A DNA stretch of 45,051 bases from a virus (IMGVR_UViG_3300047498_000060:1-45051), one strand, 5' to 3'; positions 26,078 through 35,226 are shown, counted from the first letter of the stretch. Notes: generated by a model from the sequence alone, not told the origin. Program-made: numbers and translations.

Positions 26078-27049
26078 TCAGGTCTCCTCGATAGAGTCCT
26101 CGAAACGAGCGCGGTTGTAACGACGGACGGCCGCCTCGAGGGCGGGCTTGCCGACAAGCTGGATCATGCCCTGCGAGTCGCGCACGAGGTCCTTCACCGG
26201 GTCGAAGTGATGATCGACCAAGATCTGCCAGCGCTCACGGTAGTAGCGACGATGCTTCGGCCCGTGAAAGCCGTGCTCGATGCGGCCGGGGGCGAAACCG
26301 ACCTGCGTGTTGGTGATACGCACCGCACGCTCCTGCCAGTCGCGACAGAGGCGGAAGAAGGCGGAGGTCATCCCGCGGTGGATGGTCTCATCGACCTGGC
26401 CGATCATCCCCCAGGCCATGTGGTGGTCCGCGCTGCCAAGGATGCACCAGTCCATGAGCCCGCAGGCCTGCTCCCAGAAGTCACGGCGGCACGCCCACGC
26501 GAAGCCAGAGTGCCCGTAGGGGTACGGGTCGGTGCTGTTCTTCTGGATCTTCACGCCGCGCTCGCGGAGGAAGCCGAAGCTCTGATGGGTCTGCAGAACG
26601 TTGCCATCGAAGCCCAGGTCAACACACTGCTGCCAGGGCTGCAACACCGCGAAGTGCTGGAGCTGGTGAAGCGTCTCCTGCGCCCACTGGGGATTGCGAA
26701 ACGAGATGTCTCCGTCCACCCAGGCCACGTACTTCCAGTCCCGCGGCAGAAGGTCGCGCACGGCCAGGTTGATGAGGTTCTCTTTCACCCAGATCTCGCT
26801 GCGCGTTCGCAGACGCAGATGCGGCTCGATGTCCTCGGTCACTTCGTGGTGGCGGTCACCAAAGGCAGCCTCGGCTATGTAACACCGGACGTTCGCCGTC
26901 TTCTCCATCTCCTCACGCCACTCACGGGCAAGGCGGTAACGAGAGTGGTAGCGCACCGGGTTGCTGAAGACCCCGATGACGTGAAGCGTGTTGTCCGAGA
27001 CGAGCCCGGGGTTCTTGATGTGACTGACGAGATGTCCGCTGTGCGTCAT
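26078..27049 (-). CDS. Putative GT-A fold glycosyltransferase
   Basis: WVKENLINLAV...KYVAWVDGDI (DxD)...GHSGFAWACRR...ILGSADHHMA...HGFHG...RRYYER; start MTHSG after AGGA. Confidence 0.7.
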   Translation of the reverse strand: MTHSGHLVSHIKNPGLVSDNTLHVIGVFSNPVRYHSRYRLAREWREEMEKTANVRCYIAEAAFGDRHHEVTEDIEPHLRLRTRSEIWVKENLINLAVRDLLPRDWKYVAWVDGDISFRNPQWAQETLHQLQHFAVLQPWQQCVDLGFDGNVLQTHQSFGFLRERGVKIQKNSTDPYPYGHSGFAWACRRDFWEQACGLMDWCILGSADHHMAWGMIGQVDETIHRGMTSAFFRLCRDWQERAVRITNTQVGFAPGRIEHGFHGPKHRRYYRERWQILVDHHFDPVKDLVRDSQGMIQLVGKPALEAAVRRYNRARFEDSIEET

Positions 27050-27056
27050 GGGAGTC

Positions 27057-27341
27057 CTACTGATAAGGGCGGAACCGTTGTACCCACCGCTCGCTGTGGG
27101 CGTTGTGGCAGCTGCGCGAGCAGAACAGGACGCGACGCAGCACAGGCCGCTGGCACTCGTTGCACTCGAAGTCTTCGCTCGGACGGATGTCACGAACAAA
27201 GAGGGGACGGATGAGGCCGAAGAGGAGCTTCCTGAGCAACATGCGGCTGCTTCTAGCGTCTACCTGAGTTTTCTGTTCTTCGCCAGAAGAACTCGACCAA
27301 GCGTCGAGAGGCTGCGAAGAGTCCGTGTCGTACACCAGCAT
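27057..27341 (-). CDS. Small zinc-finger protein (CNEC...FCSRSC); start uncertain
   Basis: CxxC-x10-CSxxC motif. Confidence 0.55.
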   Translation of the reverse strand: MLVYDTDSSQPLDAWSSSSGEEQKTQVDARSSRMLLRKLLFGLIRPLFVRDIRPSEDFECNECQRPVLRRVLFCSRSCHNAHSERWVQRFRPYQ

Positions 27342-27350
27342 GGGCCCGTA

Positions 27351-27393
27351 CCTAAGTAAGACCTCGAGGGCAGGTGCTCAGCACCTGCCCTCG
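27351..27393 (-). terminator. 13-bp perfect hairpin followed by CTTACTTAGG
   Basis: cgagggcaggtgc-tca-gcacctgccctcg at 27365-27393. Confidence 0.75.
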
Positions 27394-27401
27394 TAGATCG
27401 G

Positions 27402-27635
27402 TCAGTTGTCGTTCGCCGGATTCGGCGCGTCCATCATACCCACCTGCGCCTCCGTGAGCCCAAGAGACTTCTGCAAGAGGAGGAGGATGTTCTTCGGGTG
27501 GGTGTTCCCGAGCGTGAGGATGACATCCTCTCCATTGTAAAGAACAACCGCACAGAGAACCCCTTCCGGCAGCTGCGCGTCTAGGACTTGGCTGATCTTC
27601 GCGGCGATCTCCTCCATCTCTTTTTGCGTCTTCAC
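27402..27635 (-). CDS. Hypothetical protein
   Basis: GTG start (KTQKEMEE...) after AAGGAAG. Confidence 0.65.
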   Translation of the reverse strand: MKTQKEMEEIAAKISQVLDAQLPEGVLCAVVLYNGEDVILTLGNTHPKNILLLLQKSLGLTEAQVGMMDAPNPANDN

Positions 27636-27798
27636 GGCTTCTTCCTTGGCTGGTGCACCATCGCGAAGCAGCGGCGGACGATGATCGCTTTGCGTGGGTT
27701 GATGCCGTAGATTCTGCACCCCACTCAAACAGCCACTCCTCCAACGGAAGTGAGTCGATGCGCTCCATCCACCAACGAGTGATCTCCTCCTGATTCAC
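27632..27798 (-). pseudogene. Small gene with an apparent -1 G frameshift
   Basis: Adding one G to the GGGG run at 27719-27722 gives MNQEEITRWWMER...EWGCRIYGINPRKAIIVRRCFAMVHQPRKKP*, ending in a GTGA overlap. Confidence 0.55.
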
Positions 27799-27894
27799 GG
27801 CCTCTTCCGTCGCTCTCGCCACACGCGCAGCTTGCTCTTCAGCCAGGCCCAGGCGAGGCGCAGACTACCGAGCATCCCAACAAGCGCTACGGCC

Positions 27895-28308
27895 TCATCT
27901 TGGCAGAAGTGCACGGGATGCCTTTCCGAAGACCTCGGGACGTGGGCCGTTCACCGCGTTGGCCTTCTTCTTCGTGTCCTCCTTCTTCTTGCGAGCCAGG
28001 AGCTCCACCTGCGCCTTCGCGTCAAGCTCGACCCAGGCCTTCATCTCGGTCATCAGCCCGACGACGATAGCGATCTCTCCCGACACGTCTGCGAACGGCC
28101 CGGTGTTGCTCGCGTAGTCGACCGGCAGGCGGTTGAACGGGCGCAGACGCTCGTCGGCGGTACCATCCGTCGGCCTGTTCCCTTGCTGCCAGCTGTACCC
28201 CGGAGGTGACGCGTCGTTCCTCGAGACACGCAACGTGATGCCGGTTCTCAGGTCGGTGAAGTCCTGCACGACTTCCCAGACGTACGGCTTACGGTCTTTC
28301 TTTCCCAT
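27895..28308 (-). CDS. Hypothetical protein
   Basis: GGGAGG SD; 137-aa ORF. Confidence 0.7.
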   Translation of the reverse strand: MGKKDRKPYVWEVVQDFTDLRTGITLRVSRNDASPPGYSWQQGNRPTDGTADERLRPFNRLPVDYASNTGPFADVSGEIAIVVGLMTEMKAWVELDAKAQVELLARKKKEDTKKKANAVNGPRPEVFGKASRALLPR

Positions 28309-28582
28309 GTGAATGTCCTCCCTTGGTTGTCTTCCGCGAACGCTTGCTGCCGTTCACGAACTCCCAGATGCTCTTGTGGCTGCGGTTGAGAGCGCGCGCG
28401 ATGGCTGGGTAGCTCCAGCCCTCAGCTCGCAACTTCTTGCAGACCAGCTTGCGTGCTGCCACGACGTGGGAGAGGCGACCTTTCGCGAGGATGAGCGCCC
28501 AAGGCACCGAACCTTGTTCACCGATGGTCAGTTCGTACGCTGCTCCCTCTAGCCACCTTGCTTCGCTGTTCGCCTTGACCAC
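28289..28582 (-). CDS. DnaA C-terminal-like helix-turn-helix protein
   Basis: VVAARK...LRAEGWSYPAIARALNRSHKSI resembles the Bac_DnaA_C HTH. Confidence 0.7.
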   Translation of the reverse strand: MVKANSEARWLEGAAYELTIGEQGSVPWALILAKGRLSHVVAARKLVCKKLRAEGWSYPAIARALNRSHKSIWEFVNGSKRSRKTTKGGHSHGKERP

Positions 28583-28919
28583 GCTTCTCCTCCTCGAACA
28601 CGCCGATACTCGCTTGAAACTGACCTACTGCGACGATGGCGTAGCCGTACCTGTTCCCGGCCTCAACGTGCTCGCGGACAGTTTCCATCAGCTGATCCTT
28701 CGTAAGCGCCGCTTCTCCGGAACGCCCCACCCCAAACGCGTCGCACATGAGCACCTCTACTAGCTTCCATCCCGGAGGATCGTAGTCCCCGATGTTGGGT
28801 GCATTGAAGATGTCCTCGATGTGGCTCTCGTCGAAGATTGTGAGCGGCGTCTTCTTCCTGGCCCTAGCCTTGTTCGTAGCGTCCGCACTCGCCGCACGGA
28901 TAGCATCCAGGCTCATCAT
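28518..28919 (-). CDS. Hypothetical protein
   Basis: Coupled ORF (TGATG). Confidence 0.7.
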   Translation of the reverse strand: MMSLDAIRAASADATNKARARKKTPLTIFDESHIEDIFNAPNIGDYDPPGWKLVEVLMCDAFGVGRSGEAALTKDQLMETVREHVEAGNRYGYAIVAVGQFQASIGVFEEEKRGQGEQRSKVARGSSVRTDHR

Positions 28920-29326
28920 CAGTGCTGCGCTAGCTCTGAGATGGCTTGATCGGTGATGCGCTTCGCGACCCCATCACGAAACTCCTTCACGTACGGCTTC
29001 ACGATCTCGGCGAAGAGCGTGTGAGCCTCGTTGTAGATGCGGTCCTCCACGATCTGCACGAGACGCGTGCGCTCCTTGTAGTCGCCATGGTGCTTCCGCT
29101 CGAGGAGCTCCTGGATGTACTGCCCGAAGGTGCGTCCGTCTCCGAACGCCATCTGCGGGAGGCGCTCGGCCACCTGCTTCCGCAGCTCGATGAGGAGCTC
29201 CGCCATAATGGCCCCCTTCATCGCCTGGTCGATCTTGTAGCCGACCTCGGGACGCAGGCGGTCTACCAGCTCCTTCACGATGTCCTTGTGGATGCGTTCA
29301 GCGTCCACTTCGATCTCGATCTTCAT
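28919..29326 (-). CDS. Hypothetical helical protein
   Basis: Start MKIEIEV after AGGAG. Confidence 0.7.
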   Translation of the reverse strand: MKIEIEVDAERIHKDIVKELVDRLRPEVGYKIDQAMKGAIMAELLIELRKQVAERLPQMAFGDGRTFGQYIQELLERKHHGDYKERTRLVQIVEDRIYNEAHTLFAEIVKPYVKEFRDGVAKRITDQAISELAQH

Positions 29327-29678
29327 GTCATCTCCTGGAAGTACTCGCAGTTGGGACAGCGTTCGCCGGCGGCGTAGCTCTCCCAACCACAGCGAGGACA
29401 GCACGGCTTACTGTCGGGTCTGTTCGCGCCCTTGAGCGCATCGAGGTTCGAGTCTCCGATGGACCACATCACGCCCTGCATGAAGCCGAGCCAGCGGAAC
29501 TTCTTCTCGAGCCGCTCAGGACCCCACGTGAGGGCCTCGGTTGCCATCCGCATGAGGTGGCAGCGCTGGTTGTACTGGTCAGACCCGATGCGCTCCGGCG
29601 GGCAGCGTCTCGGGTCGTGAAGCGTCTTGTAGCGGACGACGATGGCGCGTAGCGCCTCACAGCCTTGTCGTTGTTCAT
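29323..29678 (-). pseudogene. Conserved phage protein (RWLGFMQG motif, C-terminal Zn ribbon) with an apparent -1 G frameshift near 29658
   Basis: ATGA-coupled MNNDKAV joins EALRAIVVRYK...KKFRWLGFMQGVMW...CPRC..CPNC if GTGAGG is read as GTGGAGG. Confidence 0.6.
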
Positions 29679-29938
29679 AGTCCGGCGGGAGGAGCCGGCG
29701 GGTTGAGCGCGGCGACCGCGGTCTGGATCTGAGCTGCCAGCTGCTGGGGTAGCTGTATGGGTGTCGTGCCGAGCGCAGCTGTCGCCCTGCACTGCCCATC
29801 CTGAATGGACGCCGTGAAGCGCCACTGCCCGGTGCTGCCGACCCAGAACGAGTCGGAGGTGTTCTGCCAGTTGGTCACCTGTCCAATGGCAATAGCTGCC
29901 TGCGCGAGAGTGTCTTGAACGAAGTTCTGCTGGGTCAT
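29675..29938 (-). CDS. Hypothetical protein
   Basis: Start MTQQNF, preceded by the ACAAG-gatc-CTGGAG motif. Confidence 0.7.
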   Translation of the reverse strand: MTQQNFVQDTLAQAAIAIGQVTNWQNTSDSFWVGSTGQWRFTASIQDGQCRATAALGTTPIQLPQQLAAQIQTAVAALNPPAPPAGL

Positions 29939-29943
29939 AGTGG

Positions 29944-29959
29944 TCTCCAGGATCCTTGT
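29944..29959 (-). promoter_or_regulatory. ACAAG-N4-(G/C)TGGAG leader motif
   Basis: acaaggatcctggaga, 5 nt before ATG. Confidence 0.55.
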
Positions 29960-29994
29960 GCCGTAAAGACACAAGTTCTTCACAACGCGCCGTG

Positions 29995-30028
29995 GCTAAG
30001 AAACGGGGGCCCAGAGGCCCCGTCCCGT
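29995..30028 (-). terminator. Hairpin plus TTTCTTAGC
   Basis: Minus strand acggggcctctgggcccccgtttcttagc. Confidence 0.7.
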
Positions 30029-31132
30029 TCATTTCGCGAGGATGAGGAGCTCGAAGAGCTTCTTCCCGATCTCATCCGGGCTCATCACCTCCGACTCGTG
30101 GAGCTGCCTGAAGGAGGTCACGACCTTGGTCAGCTTATCCGAGCCGCTTACCTTCTTCTCGTCGCGCAGCTTCTCGAAGTCTTCCTGCGTTGCCTGCGCG
30201 TAGAGCCTGAGCTCCTCGAGAGACTCCTTCAGCTTCCTGTTCTCCTCACCGAGCTTGACGCAGGCATCGTCTAGCGCGTTGATGCGGTTGTTCTTGTCAA
30301 CGGTCTGGTCCTTGAGTTCTACGACCTGCTCCTTGAGCCCTACGACCTGGCTCTCGAGCTCGGAGATTTTCTGTTGGCCCTTCGTGTTCTCCCCAAGGAG
30401 CATCTCCTCCATCTCCTTCGCCCCCCTTAGCTGCTCGAGGAGAGACTCTACGGTCACCTCGGGCGCTACCATGGGTTCGCTCGGAGGAAGAGGCGGAACG
30501 ACGCTGAGCAGAGGGCGTGCGCTCGAGGGAGGTGGCCTAACCACGGGCGTAGTGTGCGTCGCCCACCACGCGGTGAAATCTGTCGGCAGGTATCGACCTA
30601 CCGCGACAACCCGGCCGATGGCCTCCTCAATCTCAGCGATAGACCGGAAACGCCTCCACGGCTCGAGAGCACCAATGATAACGCCCTCCTCTGCCTCTCC
30701 TAGGGTGAGGTCCTTGAAGAGGGTGAGGGAGTGCCGGATGGCGTCCGCCGATGCTCGCCCAGGTCCCCTTGCCTCGTGCGGCTCGTTCACCGGTGCCTGG
30801 GCAGAAAAACCCGGAGAGGCCGCTGCTTCACGTCGTGCGACCGCCGTCATGATGGGACGTAGCGCGTCGTCCCACTTCGAGGATTGCCGGTCCAGACCGA
30901 CGCACGGCTTCTTGTGCTGCTTCGCTCGGCGGTTGATCTGGTCGTACTGCCCGTGCGACATGAGGAACTTGAAGACGACAATGGCATCGACCTCGGTGAA
31001 ATCGACGTCACTTGCGTTCACCCGATCCGGGACACACGTCCGTACTACCGTCACTCCGCGTTCTTGAAGCTTCGGCTTCAGATCCCGCTCGTACAATTCC
31101 TCGGAGAAGTTGTTGAACACCAGTGCCTTCAT
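30029..31132 (-). CDS. DUF2325-like N-terminal domain, Pro-rich linker and coiled coil
   Basis: DAIVVFKFLMSHGQY..INRRAKQHKKP resembles DUF2325; heptad-rich C-terminus. Confidence 0.65.
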   Translation of the reverse strand: MKALVFNNFSEELYERDLKPKLQERGVTVVRTCVPDRVNASDVDFTEVDAIVVFKFLMSHGQYDQINRRAKQHKKPCVGLDRQSSKWDDALRPIMTAVARREAAASPGFSAQAPVNEPHEARGPGRASADAIRHSLTLFKDLTLGEAEEGVIIGALEPWRRFRSIAEIEEAIGRVVAVGRYLPTDFTAWWATHTTPVVRPPPSSARPLLSVVPPLPPSEPMVAPEVTVESLLEQLRGAKEMEEMLLGENTKGQQKISELESQVVGLKEQVVELKDQTVDKNNRINALDDACVKLGEENRKLKESLEELRLYAQATQEDFEKLRDEKKVSGSDKLTKVVTSFRQLHESEVMSPDEIGKKLFELLILAK

Positions 31133-31952
31133 TGAGTGGCTCCTTCATTATGGATAGGTGGGTGCGGAACTTGTGCGCGCTTGGACTAGTGACCTTGGTG
31201 TTTCGGTCGATCCACTCGTCGCAGTCATCTGGCCAGAACGTGAACACAAGGGATCGGCTTCGATGCTCTCTAACGACGTTGACGTTTTCTGCGGCTTCGC
31301 GTTCGGTACCTACGATGGCGGCAGTGTTCATCGGACTGCTATAGCTCTCGTACGGTCGCAGCCTCGTGTTCGTGTCGCGAGACAGTCCTAGAACAACACC
31401 AACGGCGTTGTTCACGTTGTTCCCAGCAGCGACCGAAATCTGAACAGTCGGTCTGCGCAGCAGGCTTACATAGGTCTGGATGAGTGACCCAATCACCTGC
31501 CCTAGTTGGAGACTGAGCACGTCCTCGGCTCCTCTGACCGTTGTTTGCCACAATGCCACAAGCTCTTTGTCGTTTGCATCGCTGTCGCGGTAGGCGCGGG
31601 AGATGTGCCCTACGTGCGCGTTCGGCGCGCAGACCTTGACGACGTACGGCACCAATCCGGTGGTCTTCGGAGTCGGCGTGTAGTCTAGGACGAGGCAGGT
31701 GTCGTACTCCTGAGTGGTGTGCTTGGCGTGCTGCTCAATCGACTCATGCACGATCTTGACCGGGCATGCGTGGCTGGTCGCTTCTTCCTCGTCTAGGACA
31801 CGCAGAGCCAGGTCTTCATCCTCAACTAGGACCGTGATCGACATGTAGGTGGCGTAGAGAGCAATGGCTCGCTGCACGAGGTAAGGGCTCATGGGGCCCT
31901 TCGGAAGAACGAAGAGGCACTTCCTCCTCCTCTTCCCCGGTGGGGCCGACAT
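31008..31952 (-). CDS. Hypothetical protein (start uncertain)
   Basis: Long ORF with AT-richer codon usage; overlaps the next gene. Confidence 0.6.
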   Translation of the reverse strand: MSAPPGKRRRKCLFVLPKGPMSPYLVQRAIALYATYMSITVLVEDEDLALRVLDEEEATSHACPVKIVHESIEQHAKHTTQEYDTCLVLDYTPTPKTTGLVPYVVKVCAPNAHVGHISRAYRDSDANDKELVALWQTTVRGAEDVLSLQLGQVIGSLIQTYVSLLRRPTVQISVAAGNNVNNAVGVVLGLSRDTNTRLRPYESYSSPMNTAAIVGTEREAAENVNVVREHRSRSLVFTFWPDDCDEWIDRNTKVTSPSAHKFRTHLSIMKEPLNEGTGVQQLLRGIVRAGSEAEASRTRSDGSTDVCPGSGERK

Positions 31953-32064
31953 GAGAAGGACGGGTATCAGGACGGTGATCGCGTACCGCACCTCCCAGCC
32001 TGACAGCGGTCTCTCGAGACAGTCGTGCGTCACTAGGTGTGTCGGTACGTCGCAGGGGCCTCGA

Positions 32065-32616
32065 CTACACGTCATCCTTCTCCTCCTTCACGCGCGTTGG
32101 GGCAAGGATGGCATCAAGCCGGTCGAAGCGCTCCTTGCAGAACTTCGACCAGCGCGTGAGAGGTTTTCCCCACTCCATGGGCGGTATGAGCTTGACCTCC
32201 TTCGAGAGGAGCGTTCTGCTGGCGTCGAGCCAGGCGTCTACTTTCTCGCGGAACAACACCTGCACGCGGTCGAGGGCGTTGTAGCCGATCCACACCTGCG
32301 CCACGCGCGCCTTGTCCGCTTGTGTGATGGCACTCAGATCGAGCCCACGAAGGGCAATCATCCCGCGACCGATGAGCTCCTCGTCCGTGAACTTCGAGGT
32401 CTTCCTCGAGGCCTCGGCGTGCACGATGACGCGAAGGTCCTCGGCGTGCGACTTGTATTTGCAGCTCGCGATGACCTCAGCCCATGTTTCAGTCGGTTTC
32501 GTGCGGTAGCAGACGTGAAACTGTCCCATGTGCTCGTGCACGAGGACGCGCGACGTCCCAGGCTCGACCTGGAAGCCGCCACCTATAAGGGTGAGCGCAT
32601 TGGCACCGCCCATCAC
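32065..32616 (-). CDS. Hypothetical protein
   Basis: Coupled ORF. Confidence 0.7.
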   Translation of the reverse strand: MMGGANALTLIGGGFQVEPGTSRVLVHEHMGQFHVCYRTKPTETWAEVIASCKYKSHAEDLRVIVHAEASRKTSKFTDEELIGRGMIALRGLDLSAITQADKARVAQVWIGYNALDRVQVLFREKVDAWLDASRTLLSKEVKLIPPMEWGKPLTRWSKFCKERFDRLDAILAPTRVKEEKDDV

Positions 32617-33017
32617 TTCTTCTCACGGGGCGTGAGAACGAGGTCGACATCCTGAGCCATGTCGACAAACCAGTGAACCATGCGGCCCGCGCTGTTGACT
32701 GCCACGCTGACGTTCTCGAAGGCATCGAGAGCCTGGCCGCTGCGTATGGACTCCCTGCGCAGACGCTCCTCGAGGTCCTTGATGATACTGCGATCCCGAC
32801 TGACGCGCACCACGAGCTCGTCGTTACGGACGCGTGCTTCGTCAAGCGACTCCTGCAGTTGATGGTTCTCCTTCTGGATCACCTCGAGCGCCTTCTGCAG
32901 GTTGTCACGCTCGGCTCGCAAGTTGTAGAGCTGCGCCGCCGCGAGCGCTTCTTTGCTCTCGAAGAACTTCTTCGGGTTGACGCTGTTCCGCTTCTTCGTG
33001 GTCTTCTTGATGGACAT
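32613..33017 (-). CDS. Hypothetical coiled-coil protein
   Basis: Start MSIKK after the leader motif. Confidence 0.75.
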   Translation of the reverse strand: MSIKKTTKKRNSVNPKKFFESKEALAAAQLYNLRAERDNLQKALEVIQKENHQLQESLDEARVRNDELVVRVSRDRSIIKDLEERLRRESIRSGQALDAFENVSVAVNSAGRMVHWFVDMAQDVDLVLTPREKK

Positions 33018-33025
33018 GGAAAGAA

Positions 33026-33041
33026 CCTCCACTGTTCTTGT
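33026..33041 (-). promoter_or_regulatory. ACAAG-N4-GTGGAGG leader motif
   Basis: acaagaacagtggagg, identical to 34857-34872. Confidence 0.7.
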
Positions 33042-33066
33042 CTCCGTTCCGGCCGAGAACTTGAGG

Positions 33067-33095
33067 GCTAAGAAGAAGGCCCCGAAGGGCCTCCC
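33067..33095 (-). terminator. UUCG-loop hairpin plus TTCTTCTTAGC
   Basis: Minus strand gggaggcccttcggggccttcttcttagc. Confidence 0.85.
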
Positions 33096-33791
33096 TCACA
33101 CGTGAATCCCGTGTGCGCCACGCAAACGGATGGGCGTGAACTCGAGCACCGGCACCTCGATGCCGTGGAACTCCTTCATCTTGGCCACGAACGTCATCCA
33201 GTCGTGGCCGGTCGTGGTCTCGTGCGTGCAGAAGAGGCACTGGCCCTTCTCGCTCTGCTCCTCGAGCTTGCGGTGGATGTCGATGCCGTGGATGCCGAAG
33301 CGACCGAGCAAGCCGGTCGCTCCGTTCACCCAGACCGTCGCGCCGTTGGTGGTGATCTCGTACTCGGCCGTCTCGACGTGTGGCTGACCGAGACACCTCT
33401 TCGGCCGCTGCTCGAGTGATGCAGCCACCGCTGGGTGCGTGTCCGGGTTGTGTTCGAGGTCCCACTTCTTCACAGCCTCCCTCATCAGCTCGATGTCGCT
33501 CGCATAGAACTTGATGAACGCCGGACCTCCTGGGAGCCTGGCCACCACAACGTCTTCCGTGATCTCGATGTGCCCGCCGAGCTCCTCGAGGTGCTCCTTG
33601 GCGGTCTGCATCGCCAGCCGGAAGTACAGCTTCTCGCCGAGCAGCTTCACCTGCTTGGCGAGCTCGTTGTAGCCGAACACCAGGGCTGTCTGATGAAGGA
33701 CGCGTGCAAGAGCGTGGTTCCGCTTCTCTTCTTCCGTAGGCTCCTGGTCAGGCTCCAGGGGTTCCATCGTCTCGTCGTCCGGGTTCGTCAT
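33096..33791 (-). CDS. Hypothetical protein
   Basis: Start MTNPDD after GGAG; strong GC3 bias. Confidence 0.7.
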   Translation of the reverse strand: MTNPDDETMEPLEPDQEPTEEEKRNHALARVLHQTALVFGYNELAKQVKLLGEKLYFRLAMQTAKEHLEELGGHIEITEDVVVARLPGGPAFIKFYASDIELMREAVKKWDLEHNPDTHPAVAASLEQRPKRCLGQPHVETAEYEITTNGATVWVNGATGLLGRFGIHGIDIHRKLEEQSEKGQCLFCTHETTTGHDWMTFVAKMKEFHGIEVPVLEFTPIRLRGAHGIHV

Positions 33792-34224
33792 GGAGCTCCA
33801 GTCTCTTTCCTGTTTCGGTGTCTTCGATGTGCGTAGCAGGCCCTGTAACGATGCACTGCCCGTTGTCGACGATACGCTGCGGGAGCCGTGTCCTTGGCTT
33901 CGCGGCGCGGTCTTCGTCGGTGCGTGCGGGTAGCGTCTTGCCGTAGGGGAGCACCTCGAACTGCTTGAGGATGATGGCGTACTGCAGGCCGTCGTCCGCA
34001 AGCTGCGGGTACTCCTTCACGCGCTCGAGGCGCTTCTTCTTTCGGAGCTCGCCCTTGGCGCTGTGCCCCTCACACCAGTGCCGACGCTCAGGAGTAGAGA
34101 CGCCTGACGCATCTTCGCCGGGGCTGCGTTCCACCCAGACCTCCACTACAGGCTCCTTGCAGACTTGCTCGTCTCGACCTGTGGTGGGGTTCTTCGTGTA
34201 GTAGCTGCACCTCGGTGCGTTCAC
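33748..34224 (-). CDS. Hypothetical Cys/His-containing protein
   Basis: GTG start after AAGGAGG (GTGA overlap). Confidence 0.65.
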   Translation of the reverse strand: MNAPRCSYYTKNPTTGRDEQVCKEPVVEVWVERSPGEDASGVSTPERRHWCEGHSAKGELRKKKRLERVKEYPQLADDGLQYAIILKQFEVLPYGKTLPARTDEDRAAKPRTRLPQRIVDNGQCIVTGPATHIEDTETGKRLELHDEPGRRDDGTPGA

Positions 34225-34442
34225 GGAACCTCCTTGTGGCCCTCGGACGGACACTCCGAGCACTTCACGCGGCTCGGGGCCTTGAACGTACCGTCCCTCT
34301 TGGCGCGCACCATGCGCTGGTCGGTGTGACCACACCAGAGGCGTAGCCACAGGCAGACGCGTACACCTCCTCGCTGCCCGGGGTGGCGCCACTCTTCTTC
34401 CACACTCTTTACAAGCACACGCGGATAGATCGGCTTCTTCAC
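34221..34442 (-). CDS. Small zinc-ribbon-like protein (CGH...CSEC)
   Basis: Coupled ORF. Confidence 0.65.
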   Translation of the reverse strand: MKKPIYPRVLVKSVEEEWRHPGQRGGVRVCLWLRLWCGHTDQRMVRAKRDGTFKAPSRVKCSECPSEGHKEVP

Positions 34443-34612
34443 GCCTTGAACCGCACGCTGGTCACGCCTCGCATGTCGAGCTCGTCCTTCAAGTACTCCG
34501 CCGCGGCCATGTCATTCTCAGCCTGGCACGAGGGGCAAGGGATGCCGTCCTCGTCCCCGTTGCCTGCGGTGCAGGTGCTTGCGTCCCCTGTGCACTCCAC
34601 GGGGCGGCTCAT
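34439..34612 (-). CDS. 57-aa Cys-rich hypothetical protein
   Basis: Manual translation MSRPVECTGDASTC...CPSCQAEN...RFKA*; AAGGAG SD; ATGA and GTGA overlaps. Confidence 0.6.
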   Translation of the reverse strand: MSRPVECTGDASTCTAGNGDEDGIPCPSCQAENDMAAAEYLKDELDMRGVTSVRFKA

Positions 34613-34851
34613 GCTCGTCTCCTTGCGACCTTACGACCCGGCTTGGGCGGGTGTGCTGCTCTGTGCTCCGCCATGATGATGGACTTCACCACCATGTCCG
34701 CGACCACGCTGAGAGGCAGCATGTAGATGCGGCGCTTGTTGTAAACGCGCACGCCGAATGTCTTGGCAACGCGGTCGATGAGGACCGTACCGTCTTGTAC
34801 TCCGCCAGCGCCGTCGAGTGCGCCGGTTACTGCGAACCGTGATGTGCTCAT
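34609..34851 (-). CDS. Hypothetical basic protein
   Basis: Start MSTSRF directly after the leader motif. Confidence 0.7.
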   Translation of the reverse strand: MSTSRFAVTGALDGAGGVQDGTVLIDRVAKTFGVRVYNKRRIYMLPLSVVADMVVKSIIMAEHRAAHPPKPGRKVARRRA

Positions 34852-35226
34852 GAACACCTCCACTGTTCTTGTACCTGTTCCGTGAGCAAGTTGGCCTGGC
34901 CTTCGCATCGGGCGTCCGCGATGAGCAGAACAACCCCTCGAGCGTGGCGTGTTGCTGCCCCAGACCGTCTTGGCCTCGGAGGCAGGACGCTGGGTAGCTG
35001 CCTGCCCGAGTTGGGCCTCGAGCTCTTTCACCTTCGTGCGCTCCTGGGCCAGGTGCGATTCGAGTGTCACGGTGAGGGTGCGCTGGGCCTCGAGCTCGTT
35101 CCACACACAAGCGTGGCAGAGAGCATCTGCCTTCACATCCGGTGGCTCGCAGCCCTCGTCGAGCTCGTAGGTCACACCGCAGCTGCTGCACTCTCCATCC
35201 CACTCCCACATGAGTTCAGTCGTCAT
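34852..35226 (-). CDS. Zn-finger plus coiled-coil protein (3' end uncertain; reads in frame into the next gene)
   Basis: CSSC...CHAC followed by heptads; AGGAG SD. Confidence 0.55.
34857..34872 (-). promoter_or_regulatory. ACAAG-N4-GTGGAGG leader motif
   Basis: acaagaacagtggagg, 5 nt before ATG. Confidence 0.7.

Noticed and set aside
34609-35226. Single 205-aa fusion protein
   Set aside because: An internal leader motif and SD at 34857-34872 mark a separate start at 34851, and the linker looks non-protein-like; treated as two genes with an uncertain upstream stop
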